Assembly: GCA_963664405.1 (NCBI GenBank)
Contig: OY761158.1
Location: 2,304,001 to 2,368,000 of the forward strand
Direction of reading: 5' to 3'
Length of the DNA: 64,000 nucleotides
From: Thermoanaerobaculia bacterium
GTDB lineage: Bacteria > Acidobacteriota > Thermoanaerobaculia > Multivoradales > Multivoraceae
The position numbers were made by a program, and so were the translations under genes. The notes under the pieces are model-generated. The model was not told the origin of the DNA. It saw only the letters and a program-made list of their open reading frames with translations, and ran no database searches. Positions within the stretch are counted from its first letter, which is position 1. Each line of letters starts with the position of its first letter. Below are positions 10,550-21,077 of this stretch, piece by piece.

Positions 10550-11945
10550 TCGGGCCGGCATGACACGCCGCCAGATGCTTGCCTGTTGCTCGACCGGTTT
10601 TGGAGCCGTCGCCCTGTCGGGACTGATGCGCCCGGCGATGGCCGCCACCCGCGCGCCCCACTTCCAGCCAAAGGCCAAACACGTCATCTTCTGCTTCATG
10701 TCGGGGGGCGTCTCCCAGGTCGACAGCTTCGACCCCAAACCGCGTCTCGAGCGCGACCACGGCAAGCCGATGCCGGTAAAAGTGGAGCGCACCCAGTTCA
10801 ATCAGAACGGCAATATCTTCGCCTCGCCTTTCGAGTTCAAACGGTACGGAGAGAGCGGCATCCCGGTATCGAGCCTCTTTCCCCACATCGGAACCTGCGC
10901 CGACGACCTCTGTGTCGTGCGCTCGATGACCACCACCGTGAACGAGCACGCGCAGGGCAACTACTTTTTTCACAGCGGCTTTCCCCTCGCCGGACACCCC
11001 AGCGCCGGCGCATGGATCAACTACGGCCTCGGCAGCGAGAGCGAGAACCTGCCAGGCTTCGTCGTATTGCAGAGCGGCGACGCGACCGTCCCTCTGGGCG
11101 GCGTCGCGATCTACGGCAGTGGCTACCTCCCAGCTCAGTTTCAGGGCTCGATCATGAAGGGAGACCAGGCCAGTGCGGTGCGCAACATCCAACGCCTCGA
11201 GTCGGAAGCGACGCAGCGCAATCGCCTCGACTTCGTGCGCGGCATCGACCAGGGCTTCCTCGCCAGGCTGGGTGGAAACGCCGACATCGAAGCCGCGGTC
11301 ACAAATTATGAAACCGCCTTTCGAATGCAGGCGGAGGTGCCGGAGCTCTGCGACATCAGCGACGAGACCGAGGCGACCCGCCGGCTCTACGCTCTCGACC
11401 ACGAGCATCGGGCCACTGCGGCTTACGGACGCCAGTGTCTGCTAGCGAGAAGACTGGTCGAGCGAGGTGTCCGTTTCGTCGAGCTGAGCTGCCTCTCGCA
11501 AGGGGGCGACGGCAAGGGCAACCCATGGGATCAGCACACCGATCTCGAAGGCGGCCATAGCAGCATGGCGCTCCAGGTGGACCAGCCCATCGCCGGCCTA
11601 CTCAAGGATCTCAAGGCAAGAGGCCTCCTCGACGAGACTCTGGTCATCTGGGGTGGTGAGTTCGGACGCACACCCTTCCATCAGGGAAGCGACGGTCGCG
11701 ATCACAATCCCTACGGATTCTCGATGTGGCTTGCCGGGGGCGGCTTCAAGGGCGGACACATCTACGGCGCCACCGACGATCTCGGCTACCACGTGGTCGA
11801 AAACGAAATGACCGTCTACGATCTCTGGGCCACCGTCCTGCGCCAGCTCGGCATCGACCACTACCAGCTCACCTACCGCCACGCCGGTCGTGACTTCCGC
11901 CTCACCGACGTACACGGCCGGGTCGTCGAAGATCTCATCGTTTAG
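10539..11945 (+). CDS. DUF1501 sulfatase-like Tat-exported protein
   Basis: TRRQML Tat motif; [13 protein letters not shown]; [14 protein letters not shown]; GEFGRTP; GRDHNP; RLTDVHG; standard partner of PSD1 proteins. Confidence 0.9.
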   Translation: MSVDRAGMTRRQMLACCSTGFGAVALSGLMRPAMAATRAPHFQPKAKHVIFCFMSGGVSQVDSFDPKPRLERDHGKPMPVKVERTQFNQNGNIFASPFEFKRYGESGIPVSSLFPHIGTCADDLCVVRSMTTTVNEHAQGNYFFHSGFPLAGHPSAGAWINYGLGSESENLPGFVVLQSGDATVPLGGVAIYGSGYLPAQFQGSIMKGDQASAVRNIQRLESEATQRNRLDFVRGIDQGFLARLGGNADIEAAVTNYETAFRMQAEVPELCDISDETEATRRLYALDHEHRATAAYGRQCLLARRLVERGVRFVELSCLSQGGDGKGNPWDQHTDLEGGHSSMALQVDQPIAGLLKDLKARGLLDETLVIWGGEFGRTPFHQGSDGRDHNPYGFSMWLAGGGFKGGHIYGATDDLGYHVVENEMTVYDLWATVLRQLGIDHYQLTYRHAGRDFRLTDVHGRVVEDLIV

Positions 11946-11950
11946 CGCAT

Positions 11951-12024
11951 CCTACGGAAATGATCGCTATCATTTCCTACGAATGCTGAACATGGCGCCG
12001 AGGACGGCGCATCCGGAACCTCCG
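11951..12024 (+). repeat. single dispersed copy of the two-hairpin repeat
   Basis: CCTACGGAAATGAT-CGCT-ATCATTTCCTAC ... ATGGCGCCGAGGACGGCGCAT-CCGGAACCTCCGG, between convergent genes. Confidence 0.9.
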
Positions 12025-12034
12025 GCGGGCAGCT

Positions 12035-13519
12035 TCAAGGATCGAGATAGCCGAGGCTGCGCAAGGCCTCGAGGTGATCCTCCCCCACCAGCTCCTCCTC
12101 CTCGCCCGGAGAGGGTTCGGGGGCCACGCCTCGACGGGTGATGTCGAGCACCTTCTGCCGTAGCTGTGCAGCGACCTCGGGGTGGCGGGCCGAGGTGTCT
12201 TCGAGCTCGCCGGGATCGGCTTGAAGATCGTAGAGGCGATCCGGCGCGTCGGTTCGCAACAGGTACTTCCAGCGATCGGTGACGAGGGCGAACACCGAAC
12301 CCGGCTCCCAACCGGATCGAACGCGGCTCGTGCGCTGCGCGAAAGCATACCCGCGAGGCTCTTCTCCCGAGAAGAGGTCCTCGCCCTCGGCCTGCGCAAG
12401 AAAGCGGGCCGAGCCCAGGTTGCCGAGGGGAGCGAGAAGCGTCGGCATGACATCGACCGTAGAAACTATGCGGGAGACTCGCCGCGGCTGTTCTCGGAGA
12501 CCCGGCGGGAAGCGCACAATCAAAGGAACATGGATGTTGTCGTTGGTAATCGTTCCGTGAGGCAGCCAGTCGTGCTGACCCAGCGACTGGCCGTGGTCCG
12601 CAGTCAGTACGACGATGGCGCGTTGCCAAAGACCCGCCCCGCGCAAGCCATCTAGGAGCTTTCCGACAGCGGCGTCGGTATAGGCGACGTCGCCGTCGTA
12701 GCGGTCGAGCATCCCCCGCGCCGAAGCACGTGTCAGCTCCGGCGCGGGATCTCCCCGCTCGCCCGTGCCGGGAGCCAGAAAACGTCGAAGCGCAGGAGGA
12801 GCGAAGCGCCGTGAAAGAGCATCGACGTCGATGTGCCGCTGGTCGATGATGCGATCGAGTAAAGCGTCATCACTGGGGGTTTTGGGCAATGACCGACGAC
12901 CGAGGTTGGGCTCGTGCGGGTCCCAAAGGTGGATCCAGACAAAAAACTGCTCCCCACGATGGACGTCGAGCCAGGCGAGAGCGCTGCTAACAGTCGCCGA
13001 GCCTCGCCGCGCGGTCCCCCTGGGCTCGTCGAAGTGATCGAAACCGGAATCGATGCCGGTAACGCCCTTCACCGGAGCTGCGCTGACGAAGGCGGCGGTC
13101 AGGTAACCGGATTGACGCAGCACTTCGGCGGCGCTCAACAGTCGACCGGAATCGGCAGAGAAGGCGCGCATCTGACGGGTGTTCCGCGTCACTCCGTGCT
13201 GATGCGGGTAGACACCACTGAACAGAGAGAGGTGGGAAGGCAGGGTGGTCGCCATCGTCGAGAAGGCGCGCTCGAAGAGCACGCCCTCGGCAGCCAGCTC
13301 GTCGATCCGTGGCGAGGTAGGCCGTGGGTAGCCGTAACTGCTCAGATGATCGGCGCGCAAGGTGTCGACCGTGATCACAACGATGACCGGCGGGGCCGAG
13401 TCCGGACCTGCCTCCCCGGGCGGAGCCGGTCGGCAAGAACAGACCGCGACCGCGCAGCCCGAGAGGAGGAGCGAGACCTTTCGAAGGCGGAAGGACAGGG
13501 ACATGGGAGGCGATGTCAC
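12035..13519 (-). CDS. sulfatase-like hydrolase/transferase (putative lipoprotein)
   Basis: VDTLRADH, TLPSH in place of CxPxR, WDPH, ADHG, LRSLGYL. Confidence 0.85.
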   Translation of the reverse strand: MTSPPMSLSFRLRKVSLLLSGCAVAVCSCRPAPPGEAGPDSAPPVIVVITVDTLRADHLSSYGYPRPTSPRIDELAAEGVLFERAFSTMATTLPSHLSLFSGVYPHQHGVTRNTRQMRAFSADSGRLLSAAEVLRQSGYLTAAFVSAAPVKGVTGIDSGFDHFDEPRGTARRGSATVSSALAWLDVHRGEQFFVWIHLWDPHEPNLGRRSLPKTPSDDALLDRIIDQRHIDVDALSRRFAPPALRRFLAPGTGERGDPAPELTRASARGMLDRYDGDVAYTDAAVGKLLDGLRGAGLWQRAIVVLTADHGQSLGQHDWLPHGTITNDNIHVPLIVRFPPGLREQPRRVSRIVSTVDVMPTLLAPLGNLGSARFLAQAEGEDLFSGEEPRGYAFAQRTSRVRSGWEPGSVFALVTDRWKYLLRTDAPDRLYDLQADPGELEDTSARHPEVAAQLRQKVLDITRRGVAPEPSPGEEEELVGEDHLEALRSLGYLDP

Positions 13520-13610
13520 TACTTACCGCTCTTCTGAAAGGCGCATAGGCGAGCCGGGTGCAGCGCGAAAGAATAGCACCGGCTACTCTCCCAATGGATT
13601 CGAGATCGCC

Positions 13611-14696
13611 TCAATTCGAGGAGAACGCGAAGACCGTCGTGCTCCGAAACGGCTTTTCTGGCCTCACGATCGCAGACGGAAACTCGGGCCTGTTTACCGA
13701 GTCCGGGTAGTGCTGCGTCTCCAGGCAGAACCCCACCGGATTCCCGGTATAGAGCTGAACCCCCGGCTGTGTGGTCCATACTTCCATGACTCTGCCGCTC
13801 GTCGGCTCGCGAACCCTCGCCGCCAGAACCAGCGAGTCGTCCGTGCGATTGATCACGTAGTTGTGATCGTAGAGCTTGATCTGCTCCGCCCGAGCCCCGA
13901 TCGCAATGCCCTGGGTAAAATCCAAAGGAGTCCCCTCGACCCTGGCAATCTCGCCGGTTGGAATCAACTCATCGTCCACGACGGTGTAGCGATCGGCGCC
14001 CAACCAGAGCTCGTGATCGTAAAAACTGCCCTCGCCGGCGAGATTGAAATACGCGTGGTTGGTCAGGTTCACCGCTGTCGCTTTGTCGGTACTGGCCGTG
14101 TACTCGATCCGTAGCTCATTCTCGTCATTCAGAACATAGGAAACAGAGACCACCAAAGTCCCCGGATAGCCCTCTTCGCCATCGGCGCTCGAGTAGCTGA
14201 GCTTCACCCCGGACTCGTCGTCTCCCGTCGGCAGTCGACGCGCGTCCCAAACCACTTCGTGAAATCCCTTCGCTCCACCATGGAGGTGATTCCTGCCCTC
14301 ATTGGCGGTGACCCGAAACTCCTCTCCATCAATGCTGAAACGCGCTCCGCCGATGCGATTCGCGAAGCGGCCGATGACCGCCGCGGCAGGGAATGTCCCT
14401 TCATAGGGCTCGATCGAGTCTGCGCCTGCGATTACGTTCGCCTCCCGGCCGGAAGCATCGGGAACTCGGACCTCGCTAAGAATTGCGCCATAGGTGATCA
14501 CCTTCACCTGCACACCGCCATTGTTTCTCAGTGTGAACTGCTCGACAGCTGTTCCGTCCGTCATGGTTCCGAACGGCGCCTGATCGAAGCGCTTCAACTC
14601 AGCATGCATGCAAGTAGACCCCCAAGTCGAAGCAACAACAAGGCAAGCACAAAGGGCTTGGGCATTCATCATCCTTGCAGGATTAGGAACGGGCAC
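13611..14696 (-). CDS. galM: aldose 1-epimerase (galactose mutarotase)
   Basis: GRFANRI, HLHGG, NLTNHAYFNL, YDHNY, CLETQHYPD. Confidence 0.92.
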   Translation of the reverse strand: MPVPNPARMMNAQALCACLVVASTWGSTCMHAELKRFDQAPFGTMTDGTAVEQFTLRNNGGVQVKVITYGAILSEVRVPDASGREANVIAGADSIEPYEGTFPAAAVIGRFANRIGGARFSIDGEEFRVTANEGRNHLHGGAKGFHEVVWDARRLPTGDDESGVKLSYSSADGEEGYPGTLVVSVSYVLNDENELRIEYTASTDKATAVNLTNHAYFNLAGEGSFYDHELWLGADRYTVVDDELIPTGEIARVEGTPLDFTQGIAIGARAEQIKLYDHNYVINRTDDSLVLAARVREPTSGRVMEVWTTQPGVQLYTGNPVGFCLETQHYPDSVNRPEFPSAIVRPEKPFRSTTVFAFSSN

Positions 14697-17415
14697 TTCC
14701 CTCCTTGCGTTCGAAGTCGGCCTCCAAGGCCTCTTCGATACGTGCCTTTATCTCCTCCAGATGGGCGCGGCTCACATAGTCGAGCCCCCTGCGTCCCCCG
14801 CGGCCCAGAACCGAGTCCATTCGCTCTTCCAGCTCCACGAGATCGGCGCGAGCCAAGGCCGTGGCGTCGCCCGGAATCCCCGACGCCGGCGTCAGCGTCA
14901 GATCGAGCAGATGGCGCAGATGCTCACGCTGCAGGTTACGACGGAAGCTCGAGATCGACGAGCCGGTGTCGAGCTCGGACCATAGTGTCCGCCGCACTCC
15001 GATAAAGAGGTCGGCCATTGTGAAGCGCTCTTCCCCAGGAGCGAAGAGCAGCTCGAGATCCTGCAACCGCGACAACTTGAGCGGGTGATAGAGGTCGCCC
15101 AGAATGTCTCCTTGCACGCCTAACACGGTCTCGTGCAAAGGGTAGTCCAGCCGAGGAGCTTTGGCGTTACGGCCCTCGAAGTCGACGAAACGCTCGAACT
15201 GGAGCTTGCTCAAGAGCTCCGCCGGCACACGAAAAACGTCTGCCGCCCAGATACTCCCGGCCAGAAAGGCCAAGGCCGCGCGCTGCTCCACTGCCGGAAT
15301 CGGTACAAAAGGGGGGGCTCCACCCAGGTCTCCGCTATGGGCTCTGCCGTGGTAGATGCCGCCGATGTACTTCATCGCCACGTGAGCGCCTATAAAGTGG
15401 CTGCGAAAGCTGGAGCCGAAAGCACGACGTAGCACCGCGTAGCTCTCTCCCGGTACCAGGAGCTTGGCCTCCATTTTGGTCCACAACTCCTGCACAAGCT
15501 CGATCTCGCGCTCGAACCACTCCAGTGGCTGAGCGCCGAAGTCGAAACGAGTCGTTCGCGGGTCCAAAGAGCGAGCGCTGAGACCTGCATCCTCGTCGGT
15601 CGCGTACGAAAGGAACGGTTCGCCAGCTCTCTCGGCGATGCGGCGCAGCTCCGGAAGCTCGTCCTCCGGCGATGCCGCTCCGTCAATAGGCCTGTAGGCA
15701 TATTCGATAGCCCAGCGATCGTAACTGCCGACCGAGGAGTTGAAGTACTCCCCCTGCTGTTCTCCCTCGCGGGCAACGACCGGCGGAGAATAGTCCATCA
15801 CCGACGACGAAAGCCCAACCTCCCGCGTAGCCTCCGGGTCGGCAAGCTGGTCCAGGCCGTGAGCGGTGCTGCCCCGAAAGTTGTGTCGAAGGCCCAAGGT
15901 GTGGCCCACCTCGTGTGCCACGACCTGAACGACGTACTGGCGCATGAACTCTCGCTCCTTCGCTTCACTCCAGTCGGGGCGCACTGCCATCACGTCGTGA
16001 GCGAAAGAAGCCTGCTCGACGAGGCCGGTGGCGTAGTCGCAGTAACCGGAGTAGGAGCCATCGGAACCGCCACCAAAGACGCCGGGGGACAGTCCGTTCG
16101 CCGATGCCTTGAGCGCTTCGAGAGCCTGCAGCGGATGCACGTGGAGCTCGTAGCGTTGGCGGGCGCCTACGCGAAAAATGCCCTCGCTCAGGCCGATGTC
16201 CGCGTCTATCTGCTGGCCGGTGTAGGGATTCCGGTGAGAGGGCCCCACCGCAAAGGAAGCGTCGTAGGCCACAAACCATCGCAGCGTGTTGTAGCGAATG
16301 TCCGCGGGGTCCCAATCGGCATTGTCGGGTTGCTGGAGCGCCACCAGAGCATTCTTGAACCCGATACGCTCGAAGGCCGGGTTCCACAACCGTACTCCCT
16401 CCATGATCCAGTCGCGGTACTCCAATGGGATGGTGTTCTCGAGCCAAAAGGTGATGGGCTCCTCCGGCTCGGATACGGCCGCACCGGGGTCTTTCTTTTC
16501 GAGCTTCCATCTAGCCACGTAACGGACATAGGGCAGATCCGAAGTGACTCCGCTGAAGTCCATATGCATCGATAGAAAGTGGCCCACCCGATCGTCGGCC
16601 AGCCGCGGTCGGTAGCCGTTCTCGCTGAGCTCGACCAGGCTGTAGCGAAAGCGCACGCTCAAGGAGCGTGAGTCGGGCACGGTGACGGAACCCTCTTTGA
16701 CCTCCTCGGCAGTGAAAGTGGTGGCCACTCCAACCTCTGAGTTCCTGGGAAACGACTTCACCAGAACAATCGCACTGTCTTCGGCGCTGAGCTTGTAAGC
16801 GGTGTCGTACACCCTCTTGAGGTGGTCGCTCAGACCGCCGAGATCACGGTCGACCAAGAGAGCTGAGAGGTCCACGAGCACGCTCTCGCGCTCTGGATGA
16901 GGCTTCGAGAGCCTCGCTGCGGAGGCCAACACCGAATCCGAGAACGAGCTGGCGACCGCGCGCTCGGCCGGCGAGCCCGGCTCGGCACGGAAGCGGGTGT
17001 TCTTCCTTACGAACTGGACTCGTTTGCCGAGCCGGTGCCACTGAAAAACAAAGTTATCCAACATGGCGGTGCCATAGAGGCCCCGCTCGCCGGTGGCCCT
17101 TTCGACCTTGGACGAGTAGAGATAGTCCCGATCAAATTGATCGGGAGCGAGCTCCAAGAGCACCTTGCTGTCGTCGGCGTCGAGGTAGAAGGTGAAGAGT
17201 CCCTCGATCTTCTCCAGCTCCCCGACCACCTCCTCGAAGGACTTCTCTTTGTCCTTCTGGGAAGCGGCGTCATCTCCCTCCGTACCGTCCTGCTCCTCCG
17301 CTGCGGTGGCCTCGGTGCCCGACTCGGCCAGCCGTTGGGCGGCCAAGTGGATTGGCAAAACCAGCAATAACAAAAGCACGCGAGCCACGGCAACGCCGCG
17401 GATGGGGCTCTTCAT
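14683..17415 (-). CDS. secreted zinc-dependent metalloprotease (Met-zincin, DUF5117/DUF4953-type)
   Basis: HEVGHTLGLRHNF, SSSVMDY Met-turn, RLADDRVG, WNPAFERIGF. The probable start is MKSPIRG at 17415, with RBS GAGGAG and a signal peptide. Confidence 0.9.
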   Translation of the reverse strand: MKSPIRGVAVARVLLLLLVLPIHLAAQRLAESGTEATAAEEQDGTEGDDAASQKDKEKSFEEVVGELEKIEGLFTFYLDADDSKVLLELAPDQFDRDYLYSSKVERATGERGLYGTAMLDNFVFQWHRLGKRVQFVRKNTRFRAEPGSPAERAVASSFSDSVLASAARLSKPHPERESVLVDLSALLVDRDLGGLSDHLKRVYDTAYKLSAEDSAIVLVKSFPRNSEVGVATTFTAEEVKEGSVTVPDSRSLSVRFRYSLVELSENGYRPRLADDRVGHFLSMHMDFSGVTSDLPYVRYVARWKLEKKDPGAAVSEPEEPITFWLENTIPLEYRDWIMEGVRLWNPAFERIGFKNALVALQQPDNADWDPADIRYNTLRWFVAYDASFAVGPSHRNPYTGQQIDADIGLSEGIFRVGARQRYELHVHPLQALEALKASANGLSPGVFGGGSDGSYSGYCDYATGLVEQASFAHDVMAVRPDWSEAKEREFMRQYVVQVVAHEVGHTLGLRHNFRGSTAHGLDQLADPEATREVGLSSSVMDYSPPVVAREGEQQGEYFNSSVGSYDRWAIEYAYRPIDGAASPEDELPELRRIAERAGEPFLSYATDEDAGLSARSLDPRTTRFDFGAQPLEWFEREIELVQELWTKMEAKLLVPGESYAVLRRAFGSSFRSHFIGAHVAMKYIGGIYHGRAHSGDLGGAPPFVPIPAVEQRAALAFLAGSIWAADVFRVPAELLSKLQFERFVDFEGRNAKAPRLDYPLHETVLGVQGDILGDLYHPLKLSRLQDLELLFAPGEERFTMADLFIGVRRTLWSELDTGSSISSFRRNLQREHLRHLLDLTLTPASGIPGDATALARADLVELEERMDSVLGRGGRRGLDYVSRAHLEEIKARIEEALEADFERKEGSARS

Positions 17416-17447
17416 AGTCTTCTCTCCTCGTTGCACAGCGGCGCTTA

Positions 17448-19844
17448 TCATAGTGCGAGATCGACTCGCTCCACTCGTGAGCTGCCCGCTTGCTTGCTCA
17501 CCTCGAATCGAACCGGGATCCTCTCCGCCAGGTCCCGCATGTGGGTAACGAGCCCAACCATGTGCCCGCGGGCTCCGAGCTCTTCGATCGCGGCAGCTAC
17601 GGTATCCAGGGTGTCCGCATCGAGCGTACCGAAGCCCTCGTCGAGAAAGATCGCATCGAGCCGCGCGGCACCTCTGGCGGCTAGCTGCGAGACATGCTCC
17701 GCCAGGGCGAGAGCCAGCGAGAGGGAAGCGAGAAAGGTCTCGCCCCCTGACAGTGTGCGCGCGAGACGAGTCTCGTCGGCGTTGGCATGGTCCACGACGA
17801 GGAACTGGCTCGACTTTTTGTCGAGCGCCAGCGAGTACTGACCCGAAGACAGTTCGAGAAGGAGCTGGGAGGCACCGCTGATCAGTCCCTGCATCGCGCG
17901 ACCCAGAATCCATCCTTCGAAGCGTCGAGCCCCCAGGTGTTTGGCGAGACTCTTCGCGACCTTCGACTCCACATCGTAGAGCTTGGTCTCCTCACCAAGG
18001 CGCTCGACTTCGTCGATCTCCTCTTCTAGTCGCTCCTTGACCTGCCGGGCGGCAGCCAGCGCAGCAGCGCAGGCCTCATGCGGAGACTCATCCCCTCGCT
18101 CCAGCCCCGCGGTCTCGCCGGCATCGACAATCTTTCGCTCCAAGGCACTCCGACTCTGCTCGAGCTCGCGCGCCCTTTCTCGATGCCTTTCGGCCTCGAG
18201 CCGATGGCGCGGGAGCTCGGCCGCGGCCCAGCTCATCAACGTGGTCCAAGCGCCGGCGAGATCGCTGCGGGGAACCTGCGGGGGCCCGAGCGGCGTGAGC
18301 GGATCGCGGGCATCCTGAAGCCTCCGCCACTCCTCTTCACGCTTCTCTTCCAACGCCGCGAGATGGTCTCCGGCGTCGGTGTAGGCGGCCACTGCATCGT
18401 GCTCGATCTTCTCGGCTCTGCTCTTGCCGGCATCGGCCTGCTCGATCTCGCGAAGCATGGAATCGAGCTCCGCAGCGGGCTCTGCCTTCGACAGCAGTTC
18501 ATCGCTCTCGAGCAGGCGGCGACCGCGATCTTCGACCAAGGCATCGATCGCCGCTGCGGCATCGCGCGCCTGACGCAGCCGCACTTCAGAAGCCTGGAGC
18601 TCACTCTTCACTCTTTCCGCCTCTGTTTGAGCTCGGTCGAGATCCACCGGCCCGACCCGATGAGGGAGGCTCTCGACCTCGGCCCCGCACACCGGACAGA
18701 CATCCCCCACCACGAGATCTCCCTGGACCGCCGCCGCGAGGTCCGCCTGCCCGATCTTGCGCACCTCCTCGCGGGCGTCTGCCAACGCGGCCCTCTTTTC
18801 CGCGACTTCCGCAGCCCTGTCCTTCTCCTCGTCGTTCGCCAAGACGAGATCCCGTTTCGACTTCTCGACCTCCTCAGACAAGCGGCCGCGAGCCTCGTAG
18901 AGGTCGAGGGCGGAACGGGTCGCAGCTATCTCGGGCAGGCGGCCACGCCTCGTCGTCGCCACCTCGACCGCCTTGCGAGCCTTCTCCAAGGCGGCGCGCG
19001 CACGCCCCTCCTCGACCCCACCTCTTTCGACCCTCGCTGCCAGCTCGAGCGCCTCGGCGGGCGCCTCCAACTCTTCCAGCAGTGCCGCCCGGGTGTGGGC
19101 GGCCTGAGCCTCTTCGGCTGCCAAGGAGCCTTGTCGCGCCAGCTTGTCCAGAAGTGGAGTCGCAGCTTCGATCTCGCTACGAAGTGCATCGAGCTCGGCG
19201 ATTCGGACCTTCGCGGCTCCGAGGGCGGCGGGAGTCGCCCCTGCCAATTCCTGCTCGAGACGCTGCCGCCGCCAGTCGGCTTGCGTCGCCGCCGACTTGG
19301 ACCGCGCATTCGCCGCCTGAGACATACGACGATAGAGGTCGAGGTCGAGAAGCTCCACCAGCAAGTCCTGCCTCGCCTTTGGCTTGTCCCGGAGAAAGCG
19401 CGCGAACTCACCCTGAGGTAAGACCACGCACTTGGTGAAGTGCTCAAAAGGAAGGCCAATCAGCTCTTCGACCCTTGCGCTGAGATCTTCCGCATTGGCC
19501 GCCAGGACCTCTTCACCACGCAACAGTCGGGCCTCGCGTGTGGTCGCACCCCCTGAAGCGGTTTTTCGCACCACTCGAACCGCGGTATAGAGCTCCTCCC
19601 CCAAGCTGAAGTCGAGTCTGACTCGCGCCTCCTGGCGCCCCTGGGATATCGCCGGGGCAACCAGTCGGCGGTCGTCGTAGCGCGGCACCGCCCCGTAGAG
19701 AGCAAAGGTGAGGGCGTCAATGAGACTCGACTTTCCGGCACCGGTGGGGCCGGTAAAGACGAACAGGTCGGCGCCCTCGAAGTCGACGACGGTCCTCTCG
19801 CGGAAGGAGGCGAAGCCCTCGAGCTCGAGGCGCCTAGGCCTCAT
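17448..19844 (-). CDS. sbcC: SbcC / Rad50-like SMC ATPase
   Basis: GPTGAGKSS Walker A, LPQGEF, CPVCG zinc hook, LSGGE, FLDEGFGTLD. Confidence 0.93.
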   Translation of the reverse strand: MRPRRLELEGFASFRERTVVDFEGADLFVFTGPTGAGKSSLIDALTFALYGAVPRYDDRRLVAPAISQGRQEARVRLDFSLGEELYTAVRVVRKTASGGATTREARLLRGEEVLAANAEDLSARVEELIGLPFEHFTKCVVLPQGEFARFLRDKPKARQDLLVELLDLDLYRRMSQAANARSKSAATQADWRRQRLEQELAGATPAALGAAKVRIAELDALRSEIEAATPLLDKLARQGSLAAEEAQAAHTRAALLEELEAPAEALELAARVERGGVEEGRARAALEKARKAVEVATTRRGRLPEIAATRSALDLYEARGRLSEEVEKSKRDLVLANDEEKDRAAEVAEKRAALADAREEVRKIGQADLAAAVQGDLVVGDVCPVCGAEVESLPHRVGPVDLDRAQTEAERVKSELQASEVRLRQARDAAAAIDALVEDRGRRLLESDELLSKAEPAAELDSMLREIEQADAGKSRAEKIEHDAVAAYTDAGDHLAALEEKREEEWRRLQDARDPLTPLGPPQVPRSDLAGAWTTLMSWAAAELPRHRLEAERHRERARELEQSRSALERKIVDAGETAGLERGDESPHEACAAALAAARQVKERLEEEIDEVERLGEETKLYDVESKVAKSLAKHLGARRFEGWILGRAMQGLISGASQLLLELSSGQYSLALDKKSSQFLVVDHANADETRLARTLSGGETFLASLSLALALAEHVSQLAARGAARLDAIFLDEGFGTLDADTLDTVAAAIEELGARGHMVGLVTHMRDLAERIPVRFEVSKQAGSSRVERVDLAL

Positions 19845-20991
19845 AAGATTCCTCCAAGAGCTCGCTAAAGAGAGCGACCAAGCTGTCGTCACCGACCCCG
19901 ACGTCCTTCAAGTACTCCTCGAAGATCTCGCGAGGCCTCAGCTCTAAACGTTCCAAGGTGTGGTCGGCGTCGACAAGGGGCTCTGTGGACTGCGCGACGC
20001 GAACATCGACCGCATTCGGGAAAAGCGCACGAACCTCTTCACCGAGGCCGGGATGCGGCGGCGCGTCGACGAAGATGCGCAAGTACTCCGCCCCCGACTG
20101 CGAGGTCTCCTCCTCGAGCCGGCCCAGATCTCCGCGCAATGTGCGTAGCCGCCGCCCTGAGCGCAGCGGAATCGGTCGTACTTTGGCGGGCACCCCAGTC
20201 TCCACTTCCACCAACAGGACTCCACACTCATACTCGCCCTCGCCGAAGTCGAGTTGGAGCGGAGAGCCGCAATACCAGGCCGATACCTGCGCTGACAGCG
20301 GCTGCATGCGATGAACGTGTCCGAGGGCCACGTAGTCCAGTGCCGGGTGAGTGAAGGCGACGGCCGGGACACAGTAATCGCCCGAGATATGAGCCTCTCT
20401 TTCGCCGCCTCCGGCAGCCGCCCCGCTAACCATCAGATGGGCGACCAGCAGATTCACCGCGCTGTCATCGAAGCCTTCACACAAATGAGCGACGAGCTCC
20501 GCCGAGCGATCCGCGTAGGCGAGGCCATGCTGGGCTCGGCTGTCTCTCATCAGCTCGTCAGCGCGAACGATCTTCTGCTGCGACAAGAAGGGAAAGAGAG
20601 CGACCCTCACTCGTTGGCCGCCCGCGGCCTCTAGAGTGACGACACCCCCATCTTCCGGGCCCTCGAGAAAAGCTCCGGTGTACACCCGACGAGTACGATC
20701 CAGCAGCGGCTTTACGGCTGCAAGTCGGCGCGGGTTGTCGTGGTTTCCTGCAATCAGAACGACGGGCGCACCGCTGTCGGCCAAATCGAGGAGGGCGCCG
20801 TAGACGATCTCTTCGGCTTCTGGCGAGGGAGCCGCGACATCAAAGAGATCGCCGGCGACAAGAATGAGGTCTACCTTCTCGCGGTTGGCGATGTCGACGA
20901 TCTCCCCCAACACCAGCCGATGCTCGTCGGCACGACTGCGTCCACGGATTGCCCGCCCAACATGCCAATCAGCTGTGTGGAGAATCTTCAT
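19834..20991 (-). CDS. sbcD: SbcD / Mre11-like nuclease
   Basis: HTADWH, AGDLFD, AGNHD, YVALGHVH, GSP; overlaps the sbcC start. Confidence 0.93.
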   Translation of the reverse strand: MKILHTADWHVGRAIRGRSRADEHRLVLGEIVDIANREKVDLILVAGDLFDVAAPSPEAEEIVYGALLDLADSGAPVVLIAGNHDNPRRLAAVKPLLDRTRRVYTGAFLEGPEDGGVVTLEAAGGQRVRVALFPFLSQQKIVRADELMRDSRAQHGLAYADRSAELVAHLCEGFDDSAVNLLVAHLMVSGAAAGGGEREAHISGDYCVPAVAFTHPALDYVALGHVHRMQPLSAQVSAWYCGSPLQLDFGEGEYECGVLLVEVETGVPAKVRPIPLRSGRRLRTLRGDLGRLEEETSQSGAEYLRIFVDAPPHPGLGEEVRALFPNAVDVRVAQSTEPLVDADHTLERLELRPREIFEEYLKDVGVGDDSLVALFSELLEESYEA

Positions 20992-21077
20992 CAGGACCCG
21001 ACCTGGATGCTACTACCACCCTTGCGCCGACGGAGTGCCGTAGAATCGGTGACCTTCCATAGAAAACGGACTTGCTG

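Noticed and set aside
17416-17913. N-terminal extension of the 1076-aa zincin ORF
   Set aside because: It overlaps sbcC in another frame; the RBS and signal peptide point to ATG 17415.
18078-19421. long antisense ORFs (e.g. 447 aa here, 404 aa at 43714-44928, 302 aa at 9893-10801)
   Set aside because: Shadow ORFs opposite well-supported genes in GC-rich DNA, with no recognisable motifs.
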